Shown: positions 1 through 15,112, counted from the stretch's first letter. The stretch is DNA of 64,000 bases from Eledone cirrhosa (GCA_964016885.1 OZ024752.1:8866001-8930000); one strand, 5' to 3'. The notes: a model not told the origin generated them from the letters alone. Program-made: numbers and translations.

Positions 1-851
1 AAGCGATCCATGTTTACACTTCGAGTCAACATCTTAAACTGTTGATATTACACATCACAGCGGTTTCGTTTCAGTGGCGTAAATAGGTATTCGACAACTA
101 GAAATAGCAGTCAATTCCCTTCAACAGAGTTAGCTCTACAATTAAGGAGCAGTATTATATATCAGGTATAAAAAGGTATATATTTTTGAAGTTCTAGTTA
201 ACTTTATTTATTTGTTACCTACTAGCCATGCGTGGTTACACGCTTATAAAAATTATCTCCTGTGATTTTTCATGTTTATATTTATTTATATATATGTTGA
301 TCAATTCCTAGTTGTTAAAATGCTCGTACTTACAAAGTCCTAGAGCTTATTTTCCGGGCGATATGGCGCATTCCGTTAAGGATTGACACCCATAATTTCG
401 ATTCTGATTGAATTCTTTTAATCTATCTTAATTTTGGATATAGATATATAGATATATATATATATACATATATATACATATATATATATATATTCAGGTT
501 TGAGGTTCACCACTGGATAGAACTGGTCAATTCCGTATGGTCAATCTTAATGTAATAATATGGAGGATACTCAACGTAAAGCAGTTCAACCGTCTTTGTT
601 TTTGTAGTTGGTGGTGCTATTACGGAGTTAAATATTATAATGAAATGACAGGAGGCTGGACTTGTGTAAATCCTTGAAAGGTTTATTTTCAGCCCCATGG
701 ATTTTATTTATTACATTCACTTATTATATTTCGAATACCTGATGATATCACCGGATTCATACGGAACCCGGTCATTGGAAAGATCATAGTATAATAAACC
801 TTTCAAGGATTTACACAAGTCCAGCCTCCTGTCATTTCATTATATTATTAT

Positions 852-890
<39 letters not shown>

Positions 891-894
<4 letters not shown>

Positions 895-1087
895 AAAAAG
901 TATGACCCCGACGGCAGAGCTCAAGCCGTTTCGACGGCTATTTCTAGACTCTAGAAATAGCCGTCGAAACGGCTTGAGCTCTGCCGTTGCGGTCATACTT
1001 GTTCCTAATACCCACTCTACTACCCTAAGTATTGAGTACTCTGGTGCATTATGGTCCATCTGGTTCCTTACCACAATCCCTTCGTTA
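891..1087 (+). mobile_element. Fold-back mini-element in (TA)n, family C copy 1
   Basis: Short inverted arm plus long arm, palindrome centred at 949, both ends in TA repeats. Homologous to 4457, 24049 and 32787. Confidence 0.75.
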
Positions 1088-1232
1088 TATATATATATAT
1101 ATAAAAGTTCTATTTAAATTGTTGGGATACAACAAGCAAATATTTTTATAACTGATATAAAGCACTCAACAAATAATTGGAGTAAAAATACGATATTAAC
1201 AAATGGAAACTATATTTATAAAAACATATTTA

Positions 1233-1293
1233 TTTCATTATACATATTTCAAGGACACCAAGTTAAATTATGGTGTGCTTTCATCAGATAAAA
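1233..1293 (-). ncRNA. Type I hammerhead ribozyme motif (family A)
   Basis: Minus strand: ttttat-CTGATGA-aagcacacca(taatttaact)tggtgtcctt-GAAAT-atgt-ATA-atgaaa. Helices I and II pair, the cleavage triplet is AUA, and helix III is short and near-palindromic. Confidence 0.75.
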
Positions 1294-1421
1294 TATAATA
1301 TAGAGCAGTTTTATAAATAAATATTGACATACCCTTAAAGAATGCAACCATTACTGTTGGAAGCTCTCTTACATTTGGTAATGGAGTAGTTATATAGTTA
1401 TATTTTGTGTTGTTCACTTTC

Positions 1422-1468
<47 letters not shown>

Positions 1469-2108
1469 ACGAAGGACTATTTTTATCATATGTAACCCAT
1501 GTGCAAACCACGCAGTATTCTTCTTTCTTCTCATGTTTTTTATATATATTTACCTCGGCTGCGTTTGTCTGTTTCTCTCTTACTGCTTCCCCGCTCTCTC
1601 TGTTTCTCTCACCTTCTTTCGCCCCCTCTGTCAGTTACACTTTCTCTCGACTGACCTCTTCCTCACACTTCCACTCACTCACTCTATGTTTCTCCCCTTC
1701 TCACTTCCTCTCGTTTGGCTTGTGTGGGCCTCTTCTTGCTCACATCTCACACACATCAACACGGTCTGTACCTCTCTCGCTCATGAAATCCACCCAGCTT
1801 ATGCTGACCAGGACTAACATGTTGCTTGTTTATTTTCCTATCTTCGGTTTGCTTTTATCCTTCTATGTTGTTTACTTGTCCCCCTCGCCTTACGCGAATT
1901 CTGGTCCCAATAACATTTTTTAGTTATTGCTCGCACCAACCTGAGGTATCTGATTTTTAATGCGATGAAATACCAATGATGGTTGGAAAATCACTGACGA
2001 AATACTATTTTTATCATATGTAACCCATGTGCAAACCACGCAGTATTCTTCTTTCTTCTCATATATATATATATTTAATTAGAAAGGGAACAACACAAAA
2101 TATAACTA

Positions 2109-2168
2109 CTACATTACCAAATGTTTCAGGGCCCTAGACAATATGTCTGGATCGGTCATCAGATAGAG
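2109..2168 (-). ncRNA. Hammerhead ribozyme motif (family B), helix II degraded
   Basis: ctctat-CTGATGA-ccgatccagacatattgtctagggccct-GAAAC-atttg-GTA-atgtag. Homologous to the 18661 copy. Confidence 0.5.
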
Positions 2169-2427
2169 ATGTTATGAATAGAAAATAAATGCTTTTTCTT
2201 CGGAATTACCTAAAACATATATATATATAACTTTATCACACACACACACACATATATATATATAACTTTATCACACATACTCACATATATATATATATAT
2301 ATATAACTTTATCACACACACATACACACACACATATATATATATAAAACTTTATCACACACACATATATATATATATATATAACTTTATCAAACACACA
2401 CACACACATATATATATATAACTTTAT

Positions 2428-2467
<40 letters not shown>

Positions 2468-2479
2468 ACTTTATCATAT

Positions 2480-2538
<59 letters not shown>

Positions 2539-2902
2539 ACTTTATCATATACACAGTCACACACACACACATATATATATGTATGTATGTAAAAGGTAAA
2601 CAGAAATAACAACACAATCGGTACAGTATATGGAAGGAATATATTAGGTTAACGCTTGTTATAGCAGGAAGAGGGTCTCAACGTTTCGGACACTAGTCCT
2701 CCATCGGAAGAAAGAATGAGAAATAAGATAGATTGAAGGGCCGGGCGGGGTGCGGTTCTCTACACCCGGAGTCCAAATCCCGCCAGGGACAACTATGCCT
2801 TTCACAATTTTAAGATCAGTAAATAAAGTACCAATCCAGGGTTGTGGACTGGTGGAATTGTTAGAGTACCTTGTGGTTTTTGTGCGTTCTGAGTTGAAAT
2901 AT

Positions 2903-3363
2903 CAGGGGTGGTGGAACTGGGGGAGGGACTGGCAGGGGGCGGGGCATGACGCCCCCACCCACCAATTAATAATTATATTTTTCTCCCCAAACTACCAAAA
3001 CACACATCTATTTGTATATGTGCTACAATTTATATACATGTCATATTTATCGCATATGGAAGTTTTTTAATATTATGGTTGATGTTTTATAATTGTTTCT
3101 ACTTTTGGCACAAGGCCAGCAATCACCCCAGTGCATCACTGGTACTTTATTTTATCGACCCCGTAAGGATGAAAGGCAAAGTTAACCTCGGCGGGATTTG
3201 AACTCAGTCCGTAAAGGGACGTAACTGTGCTGCAAAGCATGGCGTCCGACCCTCTACCGATACTGCCATTCCACCGAACAGCTAAACTAATCACTATAAC
3301 TCATTTGACCAAATTTGGGCCCCCACTCCGCCTCCCAATTTAGAAATGTTTCCACCACCTCTG
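2903..3363. mobile_element. MITE with 5-bp AATAT TSD, containing a SINE
   Basis: aatat|caggggtggtggaa ... ttccaccacctctg|aatat. SINE at ~3090-3280 inside. Confidence 0.65.
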
Positions 3364-3753
3364 AATATTATTCTCTGTGAGTGGGAATATGATGACATGA
3401 TGACATGAGGCCCCTACCATTAACTTAAACCTCATAAAAAGCCAACTAAACCGAGACTGGGAACAAAAGGAACATTTGTGTTTACAAACTAGATGGAAAA
3501 ATATCTAATACAAGTTATAGAATCTAGAGTTTGTTTAGATTACAGTAGAACTACCACAGCATACACATCTTCTTCTTCTTGCCTCTCTCTATATATGTAC
3601 GCACACACATTTATATATATATATACACATGCCAACACAAGAGCAAGAACGAAGGGTTCATTCTACTGACATAGCTATAAAATCGAGGCTTGTTTGCATA
3701 ATTGCAAACGAATTGAATATTATTATTAATATTCGAAAAACTCAGATTACATT

Positions 3754-3816
<63 letters not shown>

Positions 3817-4284
3817 TGCGATGAAATACCAATGATGGTTGGCAAATCACTGATGAGGGACTAATTTTATAATATGTAATCCATGTGCAACCATGCAGTA
3901 TTCTTCTCCCCTTGTTTTTCATGTATATATATATATATATATACATATATATATTTATCAAATAATTGTTTCTACTTTAGGCACAAGGCCAGCAATTACC
4001 CAGTACATTACTGGTACTTTATTTTATCGACCCCGTAAGGATGAAAGGCAAAGTCAACCTCGGCGGGATTTGAACTCAGAATGGCAAGGGCCGTAACTAT
4101 GCTGGAAAATGGTAGTTGAGACGAGATTAAATCACCATAATTATTTATTGCATTATATATATATGTCTGTTACATGGTTATTCATGTGACTTCATCAGAT
4201 GCTTACGCAACCATTGGTGCAGTTATGTAATCATTAGGATATGTCGGTGGCCATGCACGTCCATCAAGTAATGAAGTGGTCCGG

Positions 4285-4338
<54 letters not shown>

Positions 4339-4425
4339 AAGAGAGAGATTCAACACTGAATTAAAGTAATTTTTCTGTTTGATATATTGTTGATATTGTT
4401 TTCATTGTTAATTTAACACCTAATA

Positions 4426-4456
<31 letters not shown>

Positions 4457-4459
<3 letters not shown>

Positions 4460-4621
4460 CGAAGGAAATGTGGTAAGGAACCAAGTGGACCATAACGCAC
4501 CAAAGTACTCAATACTTAGGGTAGTAGAGTGGGTAATAGGAACGAATAGGACCCCGACGGCTGAGCTCAGAATTAGCCGTCGAAACGGCTTGAGCTCAGC
4601 CGTCGGGGTCCTACTCGTTCC

Positions 4622-4624
<3 letters not shown>
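4457..4624 (-). mobile_element. Fold-back mini-element in (TA)n, family C copy 2
   Basis: Same sequence as copy 1 in the opposite orientation, with a collapsed centre. Flanked by TA. Confidence 0.75.
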
Positions 4625-4712
<88 letters not shown>

Positions 4713-4924
4713 AGGTGTTAAATTAACAATGAAAACAATAACAACAAAGTCGGGTTATTTTATATATCAAACAGAAAAATTACTTTAATTCAGTGTTGAA
4801 TCTTTCAAGGAAGAGTTCATATGATAATGTTGTTCTATATTTATTAAATCTGAAACAAAACTGGATATACAAGGCTGGGACCTGTTTACTTCGATATTTA
4901 CTCTTATAAGGCAGGCCTGGAGTT

Positions 4925-5100
4925 AAACAACAACAGCAGTAGCAGCAACAACAACATCAACAACAGCAGCAAACACAACCACAGCAGCAGCAGTAGCAGC
5001 AACAATAACAGCAACATAAACAGCACACAAAAAAAATAACAGCAACAACAGCAGCAACAACAATAACATCAGCAGCAAAAAGAATAGCAGTAGCAGCATT
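4925..5100. repeat. (CAA/CAG)n trinucleotide tract
   Basis: Mixed caa/cag repeats with TAG/TAA interruptions. Confidence 0.85.
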
Positions 5101-5345
5101 ACTCATCATTATTCATGATCTGAGAGTAAGCAAGGTGATAACTCCCAAAATGCCAGCTAATCGTATTTCGGATGAAAATAAAGACGAAACAGGTGTAAAT
5201 GGGTCTGTCGTTGGTACAAAGAATAATGTTTCAAGTGTCCATCTTAGGCCATGAGGAGACGACATCTCTTTTCTTTTCAATACAATCTTGAAGACGAAGT
5301 TCAACAGGTATGTACGGAGTGAAAGACTAAACTTCCTCTAACAAA

Positions 5346-7232
5346 AACAAACCTTTCTATAACGAATAGTATTTTACTCTAGACCAGAGGTACAAACCTT
5401 TCTATCACCAGTAGTATTTTACTCTAGACCAGAGGTACAAACCTTTCTATCACCAATAGTATTTTACTCTAGACCAGAGGTACAAACCTTTCTATCACCA
5501 GTAGTATTTTACTCTAGACCAGAGGTACAAACCTTTCTATAACCAGTAGTATTTTACTCTAGACCAGAGGTACAAACCTTTCTATCACCAGTAGTATTTT
5601 ACTCTAGACCAGAGGTACAAACCTTTCTATCACCAGTAGTATTTTACTCTAGACCAGAGGTACAAACCTTTCTATCACCAGTAGTATTTTAGTGTAGACT
5701 AGAGGTACAAACCTTTCTATCACCAGTAGTATTTTACTCTAGACCAGAGGTACAAACCTTTCTATCACCAGTAGTATTTTAGTGTAGACTAGAGGTACAA
5801 ACCTTTCTATCACCAGTAGTATTTTACTCTAGACCAGAGGTACAGACCTTTCTATCACCAGTAGTATTTTACTCTAGACCAGAGGTACAAACCTTTTTAT
5901 CACCAGTAGTATTTTACTCTAGACCAGAGGTACAAACCTTTCTATCACCAGTAGTATTTTACTCTAGACCAGAGGTACAAACCTTTCTATCACCAGTAGT
6001 ATTTTACTCTAGACCAGAGGTACAAACCTTTCTATCACCAGTAGTATTTTACTCTAGACCAGAGGTACAAACCTTTCTATCACCAGTAGTATTTTACTCT
6101 AGACCAGAGGTACAAACCTTTCTATAACCAGTAGTATTTTACTCTAGACCAGAGGTACAAACCTTTCTATCACCAGTAGTATTTTACTCTAGACCAGAGG
6201 TACAAACCTTTCTATCACCAGTAGTATTTTACTCTAGACCAGAGGTACAAACCTTTCTATCACCAGTAGTATTTTACTCTAGACCAGAGGTACAAACCTT
6301 TCTATCACCAGTAGTATTTTACTCTAGACCAGAGGTACAAACCTTTCTATCACCAGTAGTATTTTACTCTAGACCAGAGGTACAAACCTTTCTATCACCA
6401 GTAGTATTTTACTCTAGTCCAGATGTACAAACCTTTCTATCACCAGTAGTATTTTACTCTAGACCAGAGGTACAAACCTTTCTATCACCAGTAGTATTTT
6501 ACTCTAGACCAGAGGTACAAACCTTTCTATCACCAGTAGTATTTTACTCTAGACCAGAGGTACAAACCTTTCTATCACCAGTAGTATTTTACTCTAGACC
6601 AGAGGTACAAACCTTTCTATCACCAGTAGTATTTTACTCTAGACCAGAGGTACAAACCTTTCTATCACCAGTAGTATTTTACTCTAGACCAGAGGTACAA
6701 ACCTTTCTATCACCAGTAGTATTTTACTCTAGACCAGAGGTACAAACCTTTCTATCACCAGTAGTATTTTACTCTAGACCAGAGGTACAAACCTTTCTAT
6801 CACCAGTAGTATTTTACTCTAGACCAGAGGTACAAACCTTTCTATCACCAGTAGTATTTTACTCTAGACCAGAGGTACAAACCTTTCTATCACCAGTAGT
6901 ATTTTACTCTAGACCAGAGGTACAAACCTTTCTATCACCAGTAGTATTTTACTCTAGACCAGAGGTACAAACCTTTCTATCACCAGTAGTATTTTACTCT
7001 AGACCAGAGGTACAAACCTTTCTATCACCAGTAGTATTTTACTCTAGTCCAGATGTACAAACCTTTCTATCACCAGTAGTATTTTACTCTAGACCAGAGG
7101 TACAAACCTTTCTATCACCAGTAGTATTTTACTCTAGACCAGATGTACAAACCTTTCTATCACCAATAGTATTTTAGTGTAGTCCAGATGTACAAACCTT
7201 TCTATCACTAGTAGTATTTTAGTGTAGTCCAG
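5346..7232. repeat. 45-bp minisatellite, ~42 copies
   Basis: Unit tacaaacctttctatcaccagtagtattttactctagaccagagg. Confidence 0.97.
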
Positions 7233-7767
7233 ACGTTCTCAAAGTGGACTCTACCCCGCCCCAGAGACGTTGAGAAGGTCCAGGGGTCGCTGGTGCTTAA
7301 GGGGGGGGGGGTACAGATGATATAATATTATATCAAATATTAAATAATACATATTATAAATAAATAAAGTAAAATAAAACATATATAATATTTATTTATA
7401 CATAGTATATACAGAACAAAGGAGAGGCACAAAATAAAAACCCAGTCACTGAGGAGGTGTGACGGAAGAGCTTTGACAATATATAAACAACCTTCCGGTT
7501 ATTGACCCAACCAGTCAACCGGAAACTTATAATAAATTGAAGTGAAAACCAACAGGTGCGTGTGTTTTTATTGGCAGCATGACCCACCCAAAGTATAACA
7601 ATATGTCATTTATTATATATTAATTAACGATTTTATTTATTATATATTATATACAATTTATGTGTAGGGAGGTCTCTCAAGAAATAGGGGCTGGGAAGGC
7701 CTGAGGGTATTACGTGGCCGTGAGGGGGTGGTGGTGGGGGTGGCCCCAAAAATTTTGAGAACCTCTG
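7230..7767. mobile_element. hAT-like TIR-bounded segment
   Basis: cagacgttctcaaa ... tttgagaacctctg inverted ends. The 8-bp TSD is not preserved. Confidence 0.4.
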
Positions 7768-7914
7768 GGTTAAACTGTAATGTAGTCTAAGGGTGGTCAA
7801 AGGGATGGCACCATTGCTAGCCGTGTTACACGGTCGAAACACTTTCATACAAAATACTGTGAATAGTCTTAAAACAACCGAGAGGAAATTACAAAATTTA
7901 TTCACGTGAAAGTA

Positions 7915-7990
7915 ATGGTGATGGTGATGATGATGATAATGATGATGGTGATGATAATGATGATGGTGATGGTGATGATGATGGTGATGG

Positions 7991-8060
<70 letters not shown>
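7915..8060. repeat. (ATG/GTG)n trinucleotide tract
   Basis: Direct reading. Confidence 0.9.
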
Positions 8061-8339
8061 AATTTTAGAATATGTACTGCCGCAGTTAGTACTGATAATT
8101 GTCTCTACTTTTGGCACAAGGCCAGCAATTACCCAGTGCATTACTGGTACTTTATTTTATCGACCCCGTAAGGAAGAAAGGCAAAGTTAACCTCGGTGGG
8201 ATTTGAACTTAGAACGTAAAGGGGCGTAACTCAATGTCACACGGCACGTTGTCCGATACTGCCAAAACGTTTTGATGTCACACATATACCTATATGCTTA
8301 CACACACACACACACACACACACACAAATCTATATATAC

Positions 8340-8384
<45 letters not shown>

Positions 8385-8386
8385 TG

Positions 8387-8418
<32 letters not shown>

Positions 8419-8453
8419 TATATGTGTGTGTATATGTATATATATATATATAT

Positions 8454-8509
<56 letters not shown>

Positions 8510-8513
<4 letters not shown>

Positions 8514-8680
8514 CCCGGGTTCAATCGGGGGGTAACCACAGCAAGTAAGGTACTCAATACATAGCAGAGTATAAATATTTAATATAGAAATGGCTTCTAC
8601 AGGACTAGAACTGTTACATTCGAAGGAAATCATCAGGAAACACTTCTAGTCCCGTAGGAGCCATTTTTATATTAAATATA
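8510..8680 (-). mobile_element. TA-embedded fold-back element with degenerate hammerhead
   Basis: Inverted arms ~8575-8610 and ~8644-8680 enclose, on the minus strand, CTGATGA-tttccttcgaat-GTAAC-AGTT (GAAAC mutated). Confidence 0.5.
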
Positions 8681-8692
8681 TATATATATGTG

Positions 8693-8735
<43 letters not shown>

Positions 8736-9260
8736 ATGTATATATATATATATATATATATACATACATATGTATGTGTGTATATATATGTATGTGTGTA
8801 TATATATATTTACATTTTTATATAAATATGCGTAGGTACACGCGTGCATGCGTGTGTAGTTTCCTCATGAAGGCAGGAATCAGTGGTAATTGCTGAGTTG
8901 GACTGAAGGTGGCGCCCATTACAGTATTTTAGCATATCAATTTGCCGCCATCGTCTGCTGTGTCCAATCATGCGCGAGAGTGAAATGTCATAAAAATTTA
9001 TACAGCTGTTTTTATTGGCACGTCAAAAATAAACCAAATTATACCGCAGCCCGTCTCAGACATCTTAACACTTACTATACAGGAATAGTGAGCAAATTTC
9101 TACAACTGAATGCATTCTTACGAGTCAATGAATAAGCTGTTACGTAGTCACTCAACCTGCTAGAAATAGCAACCAAATCTTCCACAAATTACATCCTGTT
9201 GTTTTGTACGTTTTTTGTTTAAAGAAAAGAACGGTACATTGGATAATGTAGCCTGGAAAT

Positions 9261-9309
<49 letters not shown>

Positions 9310-9941
9310 GTAGGTAGAACACTGGAGGGTTATATCCGTAGGAGTAGAGCACTCGGAAAGTTGTCCGTACAACTTCCCTCAGACCGAACTGAATATCCGC
9401 ATAAGGTGAAACATTTGTTCTCAGTATGGTGAACTAACTGTTGTGGAACTACTTGTTCTAAATGTCTTGGTTCAGCCAAGTCTACAGAAGTTTGGAGAGA
9501 TCCTCATACACAAAAGATTAGAATACACAGCAAACTTTCTTAATTTTACATATCAAAGTTATCTTTGATACGTTCTGGGTTAGAATGTGTTAATCATAGG
9601 TCTGCTTGAATCATAGGGTTGATCAAAAGGAAACTGACACCAGAGTTAGATTTAGACCTCGGTGGACCCGGGACACTAACCCTCACCCTCATACACAAAA
9701 GATTAGAATACACTGCAGCCCCCCCCCCCCATTTTACATATTAAAGTTACCTTGGCGCAAGTAACTGGAATTGAAAAGTTTTACAAACAGGTATTAAATT
9801 AAAAAAAATTCTAGCCATCCTAAAACTAAAAAGCTCAGCTGAGGGTACGAATATATTGCTATGGCCATCGCTGGTGGGGTACCCCATTACAGGGGGCCCA
9901 AAGCTATTATTTTTGAAAGTAGGTTTATATTATATATATAT

Positions 9942-10548
9942 GGTGGCTGCCAACTCGTTTTCGAGTACGGCCACTACTTTATATACATGTAGGAGAACCC
10001 CTACCGATGCGCTGAACAAGTGTGACTTTTTAGTCCAGCCAGCTACTTGAAAACTCTGGTACACACACTACACCTGTGACAATTATTGATACATAGTGCT
10101 GGGCCCATTGTACCATGTGACAACAAGTGCAGAGAGATCTCCAGATATAAAGCAATGCCTGTGCCGTGAAGCTTTTATAGTGAGCAAAGGCACTGCACAA
10201 AGCCAGTCCCACTCTCTTAACCAAGATGATATTTACCAAAAAGAAGAACAAGTCAACATCATTGGATACCATCAGGGTTGCAGGTGTTATATCAGAGTTT
10301 TCCTTCTCCTAGAATTCTGCTTTGACAAAGGCTAAGGGGTCATCTTTCCCGGTGATTTTGGATGGCCATTGACTCTTAAGAGCTCCTTTGCCCTTTGACA
10401 GGTTTTGTTTTTAGTCCTGCAGGATGTCCAAAGTCACCCTCCTCACCAAGAAACCTTGGTGGGGTTGCCAGTTTAGTCGCCAACGACCCGACCATGAGAC
10501 AGGTTGTACTGGGATACATGTTACCAGTAGCACCAACTGGTGACCTGA
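9942..10548. repeat. Unclassified dispersed repeat, TA-flanked (copies ~32160-32385 and ~47157-47436 inverted)
   Basis: Near-identical 220-280 bp blocks in three places. No protein motif recognised. Confidence 0.7.
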
Positions 10549-11198
10549 CATATCTATATATATATACACATATATATACATATATATATATATGTGTATA
10601 TAAGTAGCTTTATAAGAATGAATTTTTATAATATCGCCGTAGATGTCTCTGTGGCCTAGCGGTAGGTACTACCGAGGGTGGAGATCCTCGCCTTGGGTTC
10701 AATCCTGGTCAAGAGGTACATGTAAACTTTTTCAGTTTTTATTTTACAACCAATAGAAAAAACTGAAAAGGTTTACTGGGGACCCTACTCCCGACCAGGA
10801 TCGAACTTCAGACCGGGATCACCACCGTCTATGATTCCTCCAACTAGGCCACCGAGACAGCTACAAAAGTATAATGAAAATTGATAATTATAAACCTACT
10901 TTCAAAATCAAAGTTAAAAAGATGTGGTGTCGTTCATGGCTTTCCTAGAGCTATTAGTAATATTTGAGGTCGACTTCTGGTCATTATTGAAAGTCTCTGG
11001 ATTTCGTAAAATACATAATATTTTTTATTGTAGCAGGTAAGATATTTTTCTGCAAAAATTTGATTGCACTGTTTCGTTTCCACTTATGTATTTTTTGAAA
11101 ATTTTATTTATTCATTATAAAAATTAAATGATAGAATTCTATATCTAGGTGGGCCCCCTTCATCTCCTGGCAACCAATATTTTAGACCTAGTCCGCCA

Positions 11199-11245
<47 letters not shown>

Positions 11246-11266
11246 ATATATGTATATATATATATC

Positions 11267-11298
<32 letters not shown>

Positions 11299-11344
11299 AT
11301 ATATGTATATATATATGTATATATATATATATATATATGTACAA

Positions 11345-11389
<45 letters not shown>

Positions 11390-11629
11390 TTATATATATA
11401 TATATATATATATGTACAATATATGTATATATATATATATATATATGTACAATATATGTGTGTATATATATATATATATGTACAATATATGTATATATAT
11501 ATATATGTACAATATATGTATATATATATACATTATATATATACATTATAAATATATACAAACATACAAATATATATATATACATACATATATATATATA
11601 TACATATATATATATTTATACATATATAT

Positions 11630-11749
<120 letters not shown>

Positions 11750-12865
11750 GCATACATATATAAATACACATACATATATAAATGTGTATATATAAATATA
11801 ATGTATATATATACATATATGTATACATATATGTATATATATATATACATATATATATATGTGTATATATAAATATTATGTATATATATATATAATGTAT
11901 ATATATATATGTGTATATATATATATATATAATAAATATATATATATATATAATATATATATATAAAAAATATATATATATATATATAATATTTTTGGGG
12001 TAGGGGAAAGTCGATAAAATCGACCCCAGTACATTACTGGTACTTTATTTTATCGACCTCGTAAGGATGAAAGGCAAAGTTAACCTCGGCGGGATTTGAA
12101 CTCAGATCATTAAGGGCCGTAACTCTATCCTGCAAAGCATGGCATCCAACCCTCTACCGATACTGCCAATCCACCGCCCTTGGTGAGATTTTACATAATG
12201 AAAGCTATACCCATTTCACAAGGGAAAACATCTCTCACCCACCCCAAAGTACCATGAAAAAAGTGCCCCAAAACGGGGATAAATGAGGCAAAATGGGGAC
12301 ATTTTATATAATTGTTTCTACGTTAGGCAGAAGGCCAGCAATTATCCAGTGCATTACTGGTACTTTATTTTATCGACCCCGTAAGGATGAAAGGCAAAGT
12401 TAACCTCGGCGTGATTTGAACTCAGAATGGCAAGGTCCGTAACTCTATGCGTCAAAGCATGGCGCCCGACCCTCTACGAAAGCTATACCCATTTTCAAAA
12501 GAGAAGCCATCTCTCACCCACGCCAAAGTATCATGTTAAAAGTGCCCCAAAATGGGGCTATTTTACATAATGAAAGCTATATCCATTTTCACAAGAGAAG
12601 CCATCTCTCACCTACCTCAAAGTGGGTGGAAGATCTCCCCCCCCCCGTTAGATGGAGAGAGTTGACAGGTCTGATAGCCCCATAAGTAGAGGGTTCACAT
12701 GAGAGGAACTGTTTGTATTCTGATATTAACAGAGACAAATAACTTGTCTCTTGATATCTTCATCAAATTAAAAACTAAATATTGATGTCGATGTAATCTG
12801 TAATCTCCAGTAATGCCATGTTCAGTCAAGATCTTTATCATTTTCATGTATATATGTATGTATAA

Positions 12866-13105
<240 letters not shown>

Positions 13106-13107
13106 GT

Positions 13108-13247
<140 letters not shown>

Positions 13248-13272
13248 TTATATATATATATATGTATATATA

Positions 13273-13306
<34 letters not shown>

Positions 13307-13321
13307 CATATATATATATAT

Positions 13322-13674
<353 letters not shown>

Positions 13675-13745
13675 ATTTTGTGAAGAAAATAAATTTGTTG
13701 AAAGCACAAGTGAAGCCATTTTTTCTTCCCCCCTGTCTTAATATA

Positions 13746-14008
<263 letters not shown>

Positions 14009-15018
14009 GTATATACGGCTGAGTGCTTAGATAATTGGATTCGCAATTGTGAGGTTGTGAGTTCGATTCCTGGTCTGGGCAAGACACTTTATTTCACATT
14101 GCTCCTTCTACCTGGAGTTGCGACCGATAGATAGTATTAGCAATTGGAAAGACTAATGGAAACATTGTTTCCTCGGTCCGATTTAACGAAAGTCGATCGA
14201 CTGTCGATATATATATATATATATATACATACATGTATATGTACATATATATATACGTATATATATTACACACATATATATACATGACACAATACATACA
14301 CATGAACACACTTTCAAACCTATGGCTACACATATTCCCTCCCATTTTCGTCCTCTCTAGTCAGTGAGTTCAAATTTTGTCATGTGCCATGGCGGATTTG
14401 ACTTTCACCTCAGAATGGTCGATAAAATTATAAGCGGTAATATATTGGGTGTTATATTCAATCGACTATACCCGTCTCGCCCTTTACAAAACTAGCCTAA
14501 TGTCTCGTTTTGAGACATTAATTACATCAAGCTAAACGTTAAGGATATCGATCTGAACAAAAATACCGAAAAGAATAAATAACATTTAGACAAAAATGTT
14601 TCAGATATGAATTACTCAGCATTATAAAAAATTTGAGTGTCTGTTAAAATTGATCTTAATCAGACCTCGGGGCGTTGAGAGTCATTAAAAGGCAATTAAT
14701 TCAGTCGAAATAAACATCAGATCTATTTCTAGTGAAGCTTATCTCCAGAATTCAGTCGACAACAAAAATCAACATTCTGGTCAGTTTATTACATTTTTTT
14801 ATACAATATTTCTTCCTTTATTTGTTGTTTTGTTGTTGTTTTGTTGAAACTTTAATAGAGAAAATTTAGAATTGAATATTTTTTCTTTTTTTTCGTTCGT
14901 TCTTTCTTTTGTTTTTCTATGAAGAGATGACTCCATTTTGAAATATTGTTTATCCAAACTGTTCACTTTATACTTTATACTAAAACGTTCGTTCTACTCC
15001 TGACGACCACCAGCACTA

Positions 15019-15112
<94 letters not shown>

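Noticed and set aside
1466-3920. CTGAYGA-containing repeat (1466, 1995, 3850) as a hammerhead
   Set aside because: No GAAA core (gcaaac/gcaacc instead) and no convincing helices I and II.
5113-5310. Possible exon after the polyQ-like tract, ending CAG|GTATGT
   Set aside because: The CAG/CAA tract has stops, and there is no clear acceptor or recognisable homology.
5346-7232. Regular arrays as CRISPR (also 50.7 kb and 61 kb)
   Set aside because: No unique spacers, no cas genes, eukaryotic context.
9385-9422. CTGAATA..GAAAC-attt-GTT hammerhead-like string (similar weak cases at ~25507, ~46160 and ~57187)
   Set aside because: Core mutated or helices absent, so indistinguishable from chance.
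10645-10858. Functional tRNA genes
   Set aside because: A and B boxes are present but the acceptor, anticodon and T stems do not pair properly. Kept only as a tRNA-like finding.
12695-12848. ~50-aa non-repetitive ORF tail ([11 protein letters not shown]..)
   Set aside because: No splice signals or recognisable family, and it is flanked by repeats.
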